Source of the DNA: Octopus vulgaris
Lineage: Eukaryota
Direction: 5' to 3'
Assembly: GCA_951406725.2 (NCBI GenBank)
Contig: OX597822.1
Location: 18,476,001-18,540,000, forward strand
Length of the DNA: 64,000 nt
Part shown: in pieces, positions 38,820-51,739 of the stretch
Position numbering within the stretch: the stretch's first letter is position 1
How the letters are laid out: every line of letters starts with the position of its first letter
Notes under the pieces: model-generated
Told to the model about the DNA's origin: nothing
Databases searched by the model: none
What the model saw: the letters and a program-made list of their open reading frames with translations, nothing else
Translations under genes and position numbers: made by a program

Positions 38820-39215
38820 CCATCATTATCATCATTAACATTGAATTCCATTTTCCATGCTGGCATGGGTTGGACGTCTTGACCGGAACAGGCAAGGCTA
38901 GGGGCTGCACCAGGTGCCATTGTTTGTTTTGGCATGGTTTCTACAGCTGGATGCCCTTCCTAATGCCAACCACTTCACAGTGTACTGGGTGGTTTTTACA
39001 CAGCACCAGCATGAATGCTTTTTATGTGGCACCTTGTACCTAGGACTGTAACATCCATTGTGGGCAGTGACCAAATTGAAACTCTCCTGTTCACTCTTTA
39101 ATAGCAAGTTAGCTTTTTTGCATATATCACATGTTGAGGCCACTTCAGTAGCACTCGACATCTGGCCGTTGGAATTTTGACAGAACTGAGACACTGAAGC
39201 AAGACAGAGTATTAT
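38820..39215 (-). mobile_element. RTE-type LINE 3' end / RTE-tailed repeat
   Basis: (CAT)n tail plus ttttccatgctggcatgggttggac...cagctggatgcccttcctaatgccaacc. Related pieces occur at ~4405-4620, ~6780-7150, ~14970-15200 and ~63800-64000. Confidence 0.6.
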
Positions 39216-39570
39216 AATCTGTTGGATTCTGTGTAACCACTCAACCCCGTATCAGATGGAAAGCAGAAACAAAATGAATGTGGTGGTGGAGGTGATGATG
39301 GCAACAGAAGTGGTGGTGGTGGTGGTGAGAATGATAGTGAAGGTGTTGGTGTTGGTGAATATTTGCAGCAGTTTAAAAATCATTGCACTCAAATTTTGCT
39401 TGCCGAAAGAGGTAACTAAAAAGGGTGGACAAGAGAAAAGGCTCCCAGCCATAAAGTAGTACTTCCTCAAAAAGGCAGCCTTGATAAGTTTGATTGTGAT
39501 GGGAATGCAAGACTACTTCTCCACTCCTCTTTGGTTGTGAAAATGGCTTAAAAGCATTTTGATGTAACAA

Positions 39571-39611
39571 CTCCAGACATGTTTCAGTTTTATTAAATCT
39601 CCTCAGTAAAG
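39571..39611 (-). ncRNA. Old hammerhead motif (canonical core, eroded helices)
   Basis: Reverse complement CTTTA-CTGAGGA-GATTTAATAAAACT-GAA-ACATGT-C-TGGAG. Confidence 0.55.
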
Positions 39612-39623
39612 CATAGTTTACAA

Positions 39624-39908
39624 CAGTGTTTTTTTTCCAGGGTGTCAGGGACCGGAAAAATTTCTTAGTAATATTAATTTATACTGGAAACAATATATAT
39701 ATATAATTAATATAATAAACATTGACAATTTCTTTTTTGTCTTATATTTATTTTGTAAACAAATAATACAAATATTACAAAAGCATTTTATAATGTTTCT
39801 TTCTTTTCTGGAAACTCACTGCAAACCAGCAGCTGATGGCTCACAGACCAGCAGATGATGGCTCACAGACCAGCACCGGTCTGTGAACCACCACTTTGAG
39901 TAGCACTG
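39624..39908. mobile_element. hAT-Charlie-type MITE
   Basis: CAGTG...CACTTTGAGTAGCACTG ends, imperfect 8-bp TSD GTTTACAA/GTATAGAA, and an internal ~22-bp tandem accagcag.tgatggctcacag. Confidence 0.6.
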
Positions 39909-42654
39909 GTATAGAATGCAATAACCAGACTTTAAGATAATGGCAGTGGAGAATTTCTCAGGAATGTCTTCTGCATGAAGGACATATAGTGAAGTACAGG
40001 CTAACACAGTATAGTAAGACAAAAAGGATTTTTTTATGTCTTGAACATTAATTTTTAATTTCAGAGAGGAGACAGGTTCTGACTGATTCAATTTAGATTT
40101 AATGCTTTCATTTACAGTCACATGCGTAATATTTCAAGGCACATACGCAAAGATAGGAATGTAGTAGGAGACACACACTTACCCATGTGCTTGTATACAC
40201 TTTTGTAACATTTACACTCCACCCTTAACAGATCTAAGATAATTTTAATTGAAGGAACAAGAGAAAAGGGACACTTGGCATAGAAGTAGCGAGAGGGTCA
40301 TGATAAAGGAAGTGGAGGTTGATAGTTTTATACCCTGCAGGGCAGAGTTCTGAGCTAGAAAATGAGAGGCTCCTTTTGTGCTTTTGGAGAGAACACCAAT
40401 GGTTGAGAGGTGGCCAGTGTCATGGTTAAGTAAGTATAAGTGTTAGCCTGTGCAATTTAGAATTCCTTGGATATTGCTACAGACATCCACATTGACCTGA
40501 TCACTTAACTAGTGCCTCATCTCACCAATTGACAATTCATTGTAGAGTGTGCTGATAGGCTCTGCAATTACCCATGAAGTTTATTTTGCTCTATTAATAG
40601 ATTCTTAAACCTAAATGTATTCAAGCTTCATCACCCAACACTGGCACAGTTCTATGCCCACAACCAAAAATGCCTAACTTTAAAACAGCACACCCATTTT
40701 GGCTGAAAGTAAATGCCATGAACTGTGTGCCAATTTAAGCACTGAAAATTTAAATGACAACACATAGAACTTGTAAGCAGTCTCTGCCCCCAGGTGAATG
40801 AAATTCAGTGTTGACCTTGGGGAGCTTTGAACTCAGAATATAAATGGCTGGAACGAAGTTTCTAATTTTCAAATATTTCCAGTTTGTAGTGGTGTCTTCA
40901 AAAGTTTTTATTTGTGTAACTTAGAGACAAATTGGTTGGCCACAAGTGAGAAGTTTTCAAGTGAGGTCCCTTGTGACACACTGGGTTATGACATTCTCAC
41001 AGGTACAGAGCAAAATATCGGAAGCTTTTTCTTATAACTATTAAAACAATATCTATGACTTAGTTGTCTATATTTACCTGATCAATATCTGTTATCATTT
41101 ACATTCTATCAGTTGGTCTTAGGAAATCTTAAATTGAATTTGTTCTTAAGAACAGTTCATATCTTTTCATGACTCACATCTATGAACTAATCTAAACTAG
41201 ATTGTCTGCTTCTGTGTTTAGTATCCCTTCTGATCTATGAGAACCAGTTAATTATAATTAATCTTGTAGGCACATTAACATTTTCCTCAATGAGAGCTAA
41301 AAAAAATGCCAAATGAATATGTTGGTCAAGCCAGAAAGAAATCGATAAACTGATATTGTAAAAGCATTCATTGATTTTTTTTTTATTGTTACTTTACCGT
41401 TTACCATTTTACTTCAGTTCTTTTATTCTTCTGTGGGTTGTCTGGTCTAACAATTTGAAACAAAAACATTTACCTTATTTATTGTACACACTGTATGATA
41501 GAAGCTATGTGTAAATATACTTAAATAATTTGGTCTAGATTGCTTTGATTTTAGAAGCCAAGTTAATGAGGACACTTTATCAAGAAATAATTTGTAATGA
41601 TATTGACAAGTATCAGCTCCTTCAGTTTGGATCACACTCTTAGAGTAATACATCCCTGGTACATTGGGTTCTTTTAGCAGAGTCCACTCTACTCTAAGCA
41701 CCCTCTCCTGATCACCAATCTCAAAGGCTCTGTAAAGGGTCATGGGCACTGTCTTCTTTGCTGACTAAAAGCTTAAAGAGCAATTCCTGATTATATGCTT
41801 TCATTGACTTGAGTTTAATATAAAAACAATTCTGGAGAGATCAATTCCATTGAACTTTGGATTAACTTCCCTTCCACTGTTTTTTGCAAACTGACATGCA
41901 TCAGTTTTTATATTCAGTTTCAGCATATTCTAAGCTGATGTGGGTGGACAGGTTTTGTTATAGCAATAGTTAAATAGGAAAAGAAGCTGAAGTCCTGCAG
42001 AAGTTATGTACTTTCCAGGAGTCCAACATAATAGCCATACTTGGGTTGGAACACATGGTCATGTGGGTCAGAAGTTCATCAACCTAAATTCTTCATTGAG
42101 TGGAAGTTACTACTTTCTACTAGATTAAATTAAAACTAGTATACTACTGCCTGTTCATCAACTGTAAACTATAATATATCAGTCAGTTATTCTACATCCT
42201 CTTCATCCTCTTCACCCACCCACACTATTTTTCTTAGATACAGGCAAACTGTGTTCATTATTAGTTGAAAATTAACTTCTGTATTATTTTAATTAACTTG
42301 TCAGTTTCTGTTCTGTTTCTTATCATGTCCTGAAGATCTATAAAATAAAATTTTAAAAACGAAAAAGAAAAATTAAATATCTCAATCACTAGGAAAGATC
42401 TTAATGTCTTTACTTTGATGACATGAGATTTTTAAAGATGTCATTTTCTCCATGACAGTTGTAATCCAATGGAATTATATATCTCCAAGACTTTATCCTC
42501 TGAAGAATGTGTTGAACTTATTTAGTAACATTGCCATATCCAAAAGTATTAAGCAAGTTATATACTTCATTAAATTTATTGGAATAACTCAAAAATATAT
42601 TCTACTCTAGTACTGCTGCTTGAGACTACTACTACTACTACTGTTGTTGTTGTT

Positions 42655-45290
42655 GATTGAAGTTATTATGTCTACCAGAGGTTTGTACTGTCTGTCAAGT
42701 CATAACAAGGACCTCAGACTAAACAGTACTTTATGCAATATGTATGCAGTTCCAAGTAATGCTGACTTTTGCAATACATCTAGATTGTAGGGTATTTCTA
42801 AAGTTTTCAGATGTTCTTTTTCAGATTGGGTGGTATCGAACCCAATGCTCCGAAGACAATAGGAATAACCTTTATGTTCTAGTGATCTCAATTCTGAGGC
42901 CTCCATATTTACCAACTTTTTCTCTTTCTCTCATGATGATATGTTGATCTCCTGGCACTACCACGTCAATTATGAGGCACTCTTGTTTGTCCTTTTTAAA
43001 GATTACTATATCCAGGCTTCAGTCCTCTAATACCTTGTCTGTCTGGAAATCAACATCCCAGAGGATTTCCACATTCCCCTTTTCATCCATTACTTTTTCT
43101 TGTGCATGTTGGTACCCGTAACTTCATATCCATACTTATGGCATAGTAGCTAGTAGAGGTTTGGGGCTACCTTGTCATGTCTACACTTGTACTCTTTCTG
43201 TGGAAGACTTTTACAAGCACTAACAATGTGAGTCACACTTTCGACCCTCTTCCCACACATTCTGCAGAGGTTTGTTGCACTGAGTTGGTATTCAATGCCC
43301 AGTCCTGGGCAGTGATGATTAGGTTTTCAGTATTCTTTTTTAGTCATCCTTGTTAAGCCACCTCCATGATGCTTCCTAGTCTTTTAAGTTGTTAGTTTCA
43401 TGATGGTCTTGTTTGCTGTTTACCAAATATTCTGCCATGTTTCTTCTTTCATTGTTGATGCACTCTTGTATGCTAATCAGCCCACGCCCACCTTTACCCC
43501 TCTTCATGTAGAGCCTGTGTACATTCGCCTTAGGGTGGAGGGTACCATACATTGCCATTGTCTTTTGGGTAGTGCGACTGAGTTGGTCAATCTCCACTTG
43601 TGTCCATTTCAGGATGGGAGCATTATAGTGGACTACAGTTGATGGCAGTCACGAGGTTCTTGGAGTTGAGTTTTGATTTCAAGAGAAGTTTGAGGTGCTT
43701 GAAATATGCAGTGATGGTCTTGTCTTTCGTTTCTCTATGCAAGATATTGTCCAGCTCAAGGATCCCAAGATTCTTGTACCCATCATCATCCGGGTCTTAC
43801 TCCATGACAGGACCATGTGAGCATAACAACAGAAGATGTCATTGCACAGGTATCAAAACTGCCAAACTGGAAAGCGGCAGGACCAGACGGAATTCTCTTT
43901 CCATTTGGCAATTCTATGCCCCTACAATTTACTCTTTTCCCCCACTACAAAGTAAGCACCACACACTTCAAGATACCAAATTCCACCCCTATATCCTTGC
44001 TGCACATTTGCACAGTTTCATCCAGCCTTTCCACTTCAGGCTCTGTTTTTGCAAACAGTTTGAAATCATCCCTGAAGAGAAGGTGGTTGAGATGAGGTCC
44101 ATTCTTTCTCAGCTCATAGTGCACATTGACTTTGCACAGGACTGTGGGATCAGGGCTATAACAAATAACAGATACCTCTTTTGATTGTTATCTCAACTAA
44201 ATGCTGGTTGTTACAGGAAAGACATATTTTTCAACTAGGCATGCTGTTCTTAATCTGTGCACACACATTCTCAGCTTTTCGACACATGTTGAGTGTTTCC
44301 AAAATCCATGAATGTGGCAACATGTTATAAGCTCTTTTGAAGTCTATCCAGGCTATGCATAAATTTTTATGGTACCATTTAAAGTTCTTCATTATAACCT
44401 TGTCTATCCCAAGGTGGTTCTTCGTGCCCTTCGATCCTTTTCAGCATCCCTTTTGTTCTACTGGAAGTAGATTGTTTTCCCCAAGGAACAGATATATTTT
44501 CCCTGTGAGGATACCTGTTAATACTTTCTGTAAGAGGTTAAGACAAGCAATGGGTCGGTAATTGCCAGTTTCATTGCCTTTTGACCGATCTTTCATTAAC
44601 AAGTTGTCTTTCCTCAGGAACTGCACCACTCTATAGGCGATTGTCTAATTGCAACACAATTCTCTTGTGTATTGACCTAAACCACTTGAGCCAGTAGCCT
44701 TGAATTCCGTCTGGTCCTGCCGCTTTCCAGTTTGGCAGTTTTGATACCTGTGCAATGACATCTTCTGTTGTTATGCTCACATGGTCCTGTCATGGAGTTT
44801 CCAGGTGATGGAGTTCAGATTTCATGGAATGAATCCATTCAGCACCATGGTAGTAGGAAACTTCTTGCCTCCAGCTGTTATTCCAAAATTGGTGGCTTTC
44901 TTCTGCCGCATTGTCATGTCTCCATTTGTATTCGCACTGTGTGAGCTTACAGCACTCACTAACAATATGGCTTATACTTTCTCCCTTCTCAGAAAACATC
45001 CTCCCTTGTGGTGAGTCAGTGCTTTTATTAATGAGATATTTGGAGTAGTTTGTTCTGAGACCTTGTTCTTGAGCATTGCACACTAATGCCTCTGTAGCCA
45101 TTGTCAGGTTCTATTCCAATCAATTTCATCTTTATTCTACAAGAACTGACTGTGCATTTTTCTTGTCCCACCAAATTTTCTTCATCTACTCTCTCTGGCC
45201 TTTCTTAAATTGTATTGGATCTATGGCTTTGTTTACTTTTAAGGTTCCCTGCATTTTCACTGCTTCAATAATTTCTTCTTTACTCCCCTT
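42655..45290 (-). mobile_element. Dong/R4 LINE, decayed and rearranged (same family as 9545-10925)
   Basis: NYRPIACLN...EQKGC, WKAAGPDG, LHPKANVHRLY and LQKSALLGTA motifs. Confidence 0.85.
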
Positions 45291-45311
45291 ATCATTATTA
45301 TTATTATTATT

Positions 45312-47232
45312 CAGTAGTTTTATTTTTATAGCGTGCTTTCACTTCACTACCGAGCGCAGCTCTGTGTGCCTTGGGTATGTGCTGTGATTTGTTGTGATGC
45401 TCTGATGGTTATTGTATGGAAAGTGTTCTGCGTAGGATGTGTGCAGTGCCTAGTAGTGCAATTTTCTGTATGTTATATGTGTTTGTAAGTCCTGGTGTTT
45501 TTGTTATGTATTTGTCTGAATATTTTTTTATCATGCCTAATGCACCTACTATGATAGGAATTGTTTCTGTTTTCAGGTTCCACATTCTAGTTACCTCTAT
45601 TTCCAGGTCTTTGTATTTTGAGAGTTTCTCCATTTCTTTTAGAGACACGTTGTCATCTGCCGGTATTGATACATCAATTAGAAAGCATTTTTTTCTTCAT
45701 GATCTCTGACAACTATATCTGGTCTGTTGGCCTTAATTTCTCTATCTGTGTGTATCGGCATATCCCAGAGTATGGTTGCTTTCTCGTTTTCTGTGACCTT
45801 TTCTGGTGTGTGCCTATACCATCTTTTTTCTGTTGTTATTCCATAATGTTGGCATAGCTTCCAATGTATGTAGGTTCCAACTCTGTCATGTCTGTGAATA
45901 TATTCCTTCTTAGCCAGGACTGGGCAGCTAGAGATAATATGATTTATTGTTTCTTGTCCATCTCCACATATTCTGCAGTTACTTGTAATATTTCTTTTCA
46001 TTACATGTTTTTGGTAATTTCTGGTGGGGAGGCTTTGGTCTTGTGCTGCAATTAAAAATCCCTCTGTCTCTGCTTTGAGTCCTGAGCTTCTCAACCATTG
46101 CTGGGATTTTTCTTTGTCTATTTCTTTTGCGTTTAGTTTAGTGCAGTATTTACCATGAAGGGGCTTTTCTTGCCATCGTTTTATCATGGCTCGTTGCTGT
46201 TCTATTTTTAGTTTGGATTTCATTTGTTTTATAGCTTCTTCTTCTTCTTCTTCTTTGTGTTTATTAGGTGGTATGATTTCTTGTTTGTATTTGTCAGCTC
46301 CCTTAAATACTGAGAACAGTTTTTTGTTTTGCTCGTGTTTTGCTGCTATCTGGATCAGTTTTCCTTCCTTCTGAAGTCGGTATTTTTGCAGTCCTATGGT
46401 GGTTATTTTATAGTAGTTTTCCAGCTGTATAAGGCCTCTACCACCTTCTATACGTTGTATATATAGTCTTTCTATGTCAGATTTTGGGTGATGCATCCTA
46501 GATCCTGTCAGTATTTTTCTTGTTTTCCTATCTATTTTGGACAGTTCATTTCGTGTCCAGTTAAGGATATTGTAGCTGTAACTTATAACTGGGACAGCTA
46601 AAGTGTTGATACCTATTATCTTGTTTTTAGCATTGAGCTCTGTTTTTAGTATTGATCTAACTCGTCTATAATATTCTTTTTTTATTTTCTCTTTCATTTG
46701 TGTGTGTTGTGTCTTATCTAGTTCATGGATTCCTAAGTATTTGTAAGTTTGGCTTTGGTCTAATTCTTTTATTTCATTGGTTTTATCTAGTGTGATGTTG
46801 TTGCTCTTAACTAGTTTTCCTCTTTTCATGGTTACTTTGGCGCATTTTTCTAATCCAAATTTCATATCTATTTCTTTGGTAAATCCATGAACTGTCTTTA
46901 ATAGTGTTTCCAGCTGTTTATCATTTGCAGCGTATAGTTTTAGGTCATCCATATATAAAAGGTGGCTGATCGTTTTGCCGTAACATTTATATCCGCATCC
47001 AGTTCTATTTAGCATATCAGATAGAGGTGACAGTGCCAAGCAGAAAAGGAGTGGAGAGAGCGTGTCTCCCTGGAATATTCCTCTTCTAATGGGGATGTCT
47101 TTGGTTTTCATGAGTCCCTCTTTTGTTTGGAGGTGTAGGACTGTTTGCCATTTATTCATAGAGTGCTCTATGAATTTTATGATTGTTGGTGCTACTTTGT
47201 TAATGGCTAGTGTTTCGAGGATTCATGTGTGG
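45312..47232 (-). mobile_element. Dong/R4-clade LINE, relatively young and 5'-truncated, inserted in (TAA)n
   Basis: Flanked by (TTA)n at 45293-45311 and 47233-47308, with a long ORF 45678..47159. Confidence 0.93.
45409..47230 (-). pseudogene. RT + CCHC + restriction-like endonuclease, one frameshift near 45690
   Basis: RRGIFQGDTLSPLLF, HLLYMDDLK, CRICG...HIISSC, RHDRV, RPDIV...IDVSIP, KLSKYKDL, PIIVGALG. Confidence 0.93.
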
Positions 47233-47247
47233 ATTATTATTATTATG

Positions 47248-47297
<50 letters not shown>

Positions 47298-47308
47298 CAT
47301 TATTATTA
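47233..47308. repeat. (TTA)n microsatellite
   Basis: Direct reading. Confidence 0.95.
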
Positions 47309-47525
47309 TGGCAAGCTGGCAGAATCGTTAGCATGCCAGGCACAATGCATAGTGGCATCTCATCTGTCCTTTGTTCTGAGTTCAGGTTCCATCAAGGTTG
47401 ACTTTGCCTGTCATCTTGGAGGGGGGGGAGCGATAAAATAAGTACCAGTTATGCACTGGGGTCAATGTAATCAATTAGCTCCCTCCCCCACAGTTTCAGG
47501 TCTTCTGCCTATAGTAGAAGGAATT
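47309..47525 (+). mobile_element. tRNA-derived SINE (family 2)
   Basis: Homologous to 34212-34441. Confidence 0.8.
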
Positions 47526-49239
47526 ATTATTATTATTATATTTTACTTCTCAGAGCTCTCGCTCTTTCTTGCAGTGATTAATTCTGTGAGAGTGGACAGC
47601 ATCCTGTTGTCAAAGGTCTCATGGGGTCTCTTTCCTCACTTAAGTTGCTGTTACCAGTTCTCCCTTCCTGATCAGTAGTGCTATTATTATTTTTTCCTTT
47701 AGGTTCTTCTTTGGTTTGAGATGTATCTCTTATGTTGTTGTTTGTCTTTCCCACTGCCTGGTTTTTCTTTTCCACTTCTGTTGTGATCCCTTTCATCTCC
47801 AATTCCGTCATTCATTTACTTCTCCCAATGGCATTAACCTGGTCTACCCATCTCTGATCAGCCACTTGAAACACACTCTTCTCAACCCAAAGTGTTAACC
47901 CCCATTTTCTGTTATTCCTTCTTTTAGGTTCACTTTCTAATTAGAACTGCGTCACAATCCTATTTTCTCCACTGGTCCACTTTCTTCTTTCTCTATAATC
48001 TGCTGAGGCTATCTTATGATAACAGCTGTGGTCAGTCTGCATCTCTATCAAGCCACTCCTGAGCAAGAGGCCTTCCCTTAAAGGTCCTCCATCATTGTCA
48101 CTGTTACCAACAATGTTCATCAGAATTTATCATCACTGCTATCATTATTTGACATCTGATGCTTTCAAGTAAGATTCGATTGCATCACTTTCATGTTGCT
48201 CAGATGTGTGCAGCATTGTGTGTTCTTTTGTGGGTACTTTTTTTTCCTTTTTTGGTGAGTATTGAATTGCTTCAGTATGTTTTGTTTAGGGGTTTGGTTG
48301 TATTAGTGTTTGTATTATGTGTTGTGTGTGCAGTGCGAGTTGTGTTCTTTTGTTGGGTATCGGGTCTGTATGGTACTTGTTGTGAGGGTTGTTCAGTTCA
48401 TTGAGTATAAGAGTTTATACTGGTGTATTTTAGGGAGTGTTGCACTGTAGTATGCATATATCACTTCATTGTAGTCATCATCTGTCCATCATTCTCTCTT
48501 AGTTTTGTTATTTATTTGGGTAATGGCATTAAGAGATCGGTTTGTCTTTACTGCATTAACTTTCTGACAGAACATTCTCTCTAGATGCATGTTGAGGCTT
48601 CTTTTATATTGTGATTGCCTGAGCCTCACAGAACGAAATTCCCTGCTATTTCTTTCTCCTTTATTCTTTATTCTTAGCTTTATTACTGAGCACAATTACT
48701 CCTTTCTAATGCTTAGGATGAATGGAGCTAGTCGCCTCTTTTGTTAAAGTAATTTAAATACCATGTGTGGACTGAATAAACATTATATTTGTTGATTATA
48801 AGCAAGGAACTGAGAAACAACAATGTGTATATGTATATAGGATTTGTAGAGATGAGATGCATGTGTGATTAAAAATTTACTCACAGTTTTGCAGCCCATG
48901 TGTTTACTTTGAAGAAAAATCTTTTGAGTTCCTGTGATGACTACATTAAAACAAACTTTTCTTTCATTGTCCTTGTGAATTCTTAACTTCAATTTCATGT
49001 TAATTTCAGATTTGAACTTTCTTCCAGACATCTTGCTGTCATAAGTCCATGCTGTTAAATTAGTCACTCCTGTTAAATTTGTAACATTGGTAAATGGTCA
49101 ATGTACTTAAGAGCAGCTTTGCGTATATTCCCCAGAGCTCCACCAGTCTTAAAGTACAGCAACTGTTTTCAGATGCCACATTTTTTAAGCCTCTATTTGA
49201 AGGCCGTTATATTTACTTAACTTTTTAAATGTTATTATT

Positions 49240-51720
49240 ATTGATTTGACTCAAGTTTGGTCTTATTCCTGGCAGGATTTATGTGGCTATCAGGTTGCTA
49301 CCTGTAACATTAGGTATCCACTAGCTTTCAATAGACTTTCAAGTGCTTAGAACACCCATGAGAATCTTCCCTCTCCTTAACAAGCAAACTTTCTGTAGAT
49401 GCTCTACATCTCCTTCAACCTTTTGTCTATATGAAACCACTTTAATTTGGTACACTTCTCAGCCAGCATTCAATTACTATCACATTTACATCTTTTTTTT
49501 TCTTTTTGGACTTTGATTCTGGTCCTCTTCAAAGGCTTGGAGACAACCTGCCAGAGCTTGTTCAGATACTCCTTGCCTGTCATGTGGGATACCTTCACCA
49601 TCGTTTTTATTATTATCCTCATCATCATCATTATTATTATTATTGTTGTTGTTATAACTGCCATTATTTTATTTTGCTTCCCAGACCTCTTGATTTTCCC
49701 TACTCAGTTAATGCTGTGAGAGGATACAGCAACTCACAGGGTCTCTTTCCACAAATTATAAGACCCAGTACCTAGATGTTAAGTATCATTGACAAACACC
49801 CAAGTTCCAATCTCAAAATCATTGCTTTCCCCAACAGAGCAATATTTTTAGCATGTTCTGCCCTTGTGTCAATTCCAATTTCTCCAACCTGGTGCTTAGT
49901 ACTCCGAGTACCCATACAGTTACTCTTTTCATTGCTCGCATTCTTGCAATTTTGTCTTTTAGCAATTTGTATTTTTTCATTTTTTTCCCCAACTTTTTGT
50001 CACCTGTTCATTCATCCCCAGGTATGGCAATATCAATGACCTTAGTTTCCTTTTTCCTTTAATTCACTACAATGATGTCTGGTCTCTGAAGATTGCTTAG
50101 GGAGTTGCACTGGATTACAAAAAATCCCACAAGATCTTATATTCATTGTTCCTAGAGACGTCTTCTAGTTCATGTTCATACCATTTCTGTATTCTTCCAA
50201 GACCACACTTCTCATACAATCTCCATTTAACAAACTTAGCCATGTTATCTTGCCTCCTTTTGTATTCTTCTTCAGACAGTTTGCTACACTCACTCACAAC
50301 ATGTGATATTGTTTTGTGTTTGTTTCTGCTTCCACACATCCTACAAACGGATAATTTACTGCTCTTATCTATTTGGAACTCAATGTAATTAGTTCTCAGA
50401 ACTTGTTCCTGGGTGCTGCATATCAATACCTCAGTGCATCCTTTCAAATTACTTTTCCATGGCCACCTCCAGGTGTTGGTCTTGTCTTTTCCTTCGATTT
50501 CTCTGAGGTTATTGTCTGTGCATTGTTTTCATTTTCCAGTTGTTTATTCTTTGTTCTTCATTTTGCTTCTTAAATGGTTTTAGTACATCACATTTTTTGT
50601 TGCTACCATGTTGCTATTTCTAACTGTGGCAAGCTAGAGTTTACTCTGCTGTTTGATGTACCATCCCAGGCTGTTTTCCTCATTAACAACACACATCTTG
50701 CGTCATATGAGGCTTCCTCCTTCCTTGTACCTATACAGACTATTGATATCACTTTATGGCTTCATTGTCATCACTTTCCTGGTATTTTCCTCAAACTTGT
50801 TTCCTGTCTGCCTAATAACACCTGCACCACATCACATTCAGGAAACAGCCCATGTATTCATTGCCCTGATCTTGTTCTTTCCATTGAGTCTACTTTCCAT
50901 AATTATTATTGTTGTTAATAATAATAATAATATTCAAGCAGTGAGCTAGCAAAATCATCAGCATACTGGGCAAGTATTACTTAGTGGTGTTTCTGTTCTG
51001 ATTTCAAATGCTGCTGAGGCTGTATTTGCTTGTCATCCTTTTGGGAGTCGGAAAAAATAAGTACCAGTTGAATGCTGAGGTTGATGTAATTGACTAAACA
51101 CTCCCCCAAAATTTCATGCCTTGCGCCTATAGAATTATCATTATTTCATATACGCACAACAGATTTAACTGTTGAAAAAGAAAAGTTCCTAACATCTGGT
51201 TACAATAGATAAACTTAGATGCCAAGAACCCTCCTAAGTATTCTAGCTGTCCCTAACAAAGCTGTTTTCTGGAACTGTACTAAACAAGGTTTAATGCCTA
51301 AATCCTCTATTCATCCATTCAAATCTTTCAGGATAGGTTCCTAATGCACCTATAACTATATGCATACATTTCACCTGCACTTTCCCATAGTCTCTGTAAT
51401 TCAATGGTTACGTCCTAGTACTTTGTTCTTTTCTCTATACCTCTCAAATTGACTTTCTTATCATTTTGGACTGGAAAGTCAATTATCTGGCACTTTCTAT
51501 TCTCTTTATCTACCACTACTAACTTCTTGTCTGTTTGAATAGGAAAGTCCCACAAAATCTCACATTTCTCTGACTCCAGTACTCTTTTGACTCAATGATG
51601 GTACCATGTTTCCAGCTTCAAATCCCCATTTCTGACGAAGTTTCCAGTGTAAAACTTTTACAACCTGGTCCTGCTGCCTCCATTTCTTATATTCTTCCTA
51701 TGCCAACTTGGGGCATTCTT
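49240..51720 (-). mobile_element. Cluster of old Dong/R4 LINE fragments (with a family-2 SINE at ~50935-51130)
   Basis: ORF 50115..50447(-) QEQVLRTNY...CRMCG...HVVSEC...RQDNMAK...ILWDF. A similar 3' piece lies at 51135-51720. Confidence 0.75.
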
Positions 51721-51739
51721 CGAACTGGGACAATGAAGG

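Noticed and set aside
39848-39880. Short tandem repeats as a possible CRISPR-like array
   Set aside because: There are no spacers and the context is eukaryotic. This is an internal duplication within a hAT MITE.
41447-41749. 100-aa minus-strand ORF with a possible splice donor near its end
   Set aside because: It has no recognisable domain and the upstream frames are closed. It may be old transposon debris.
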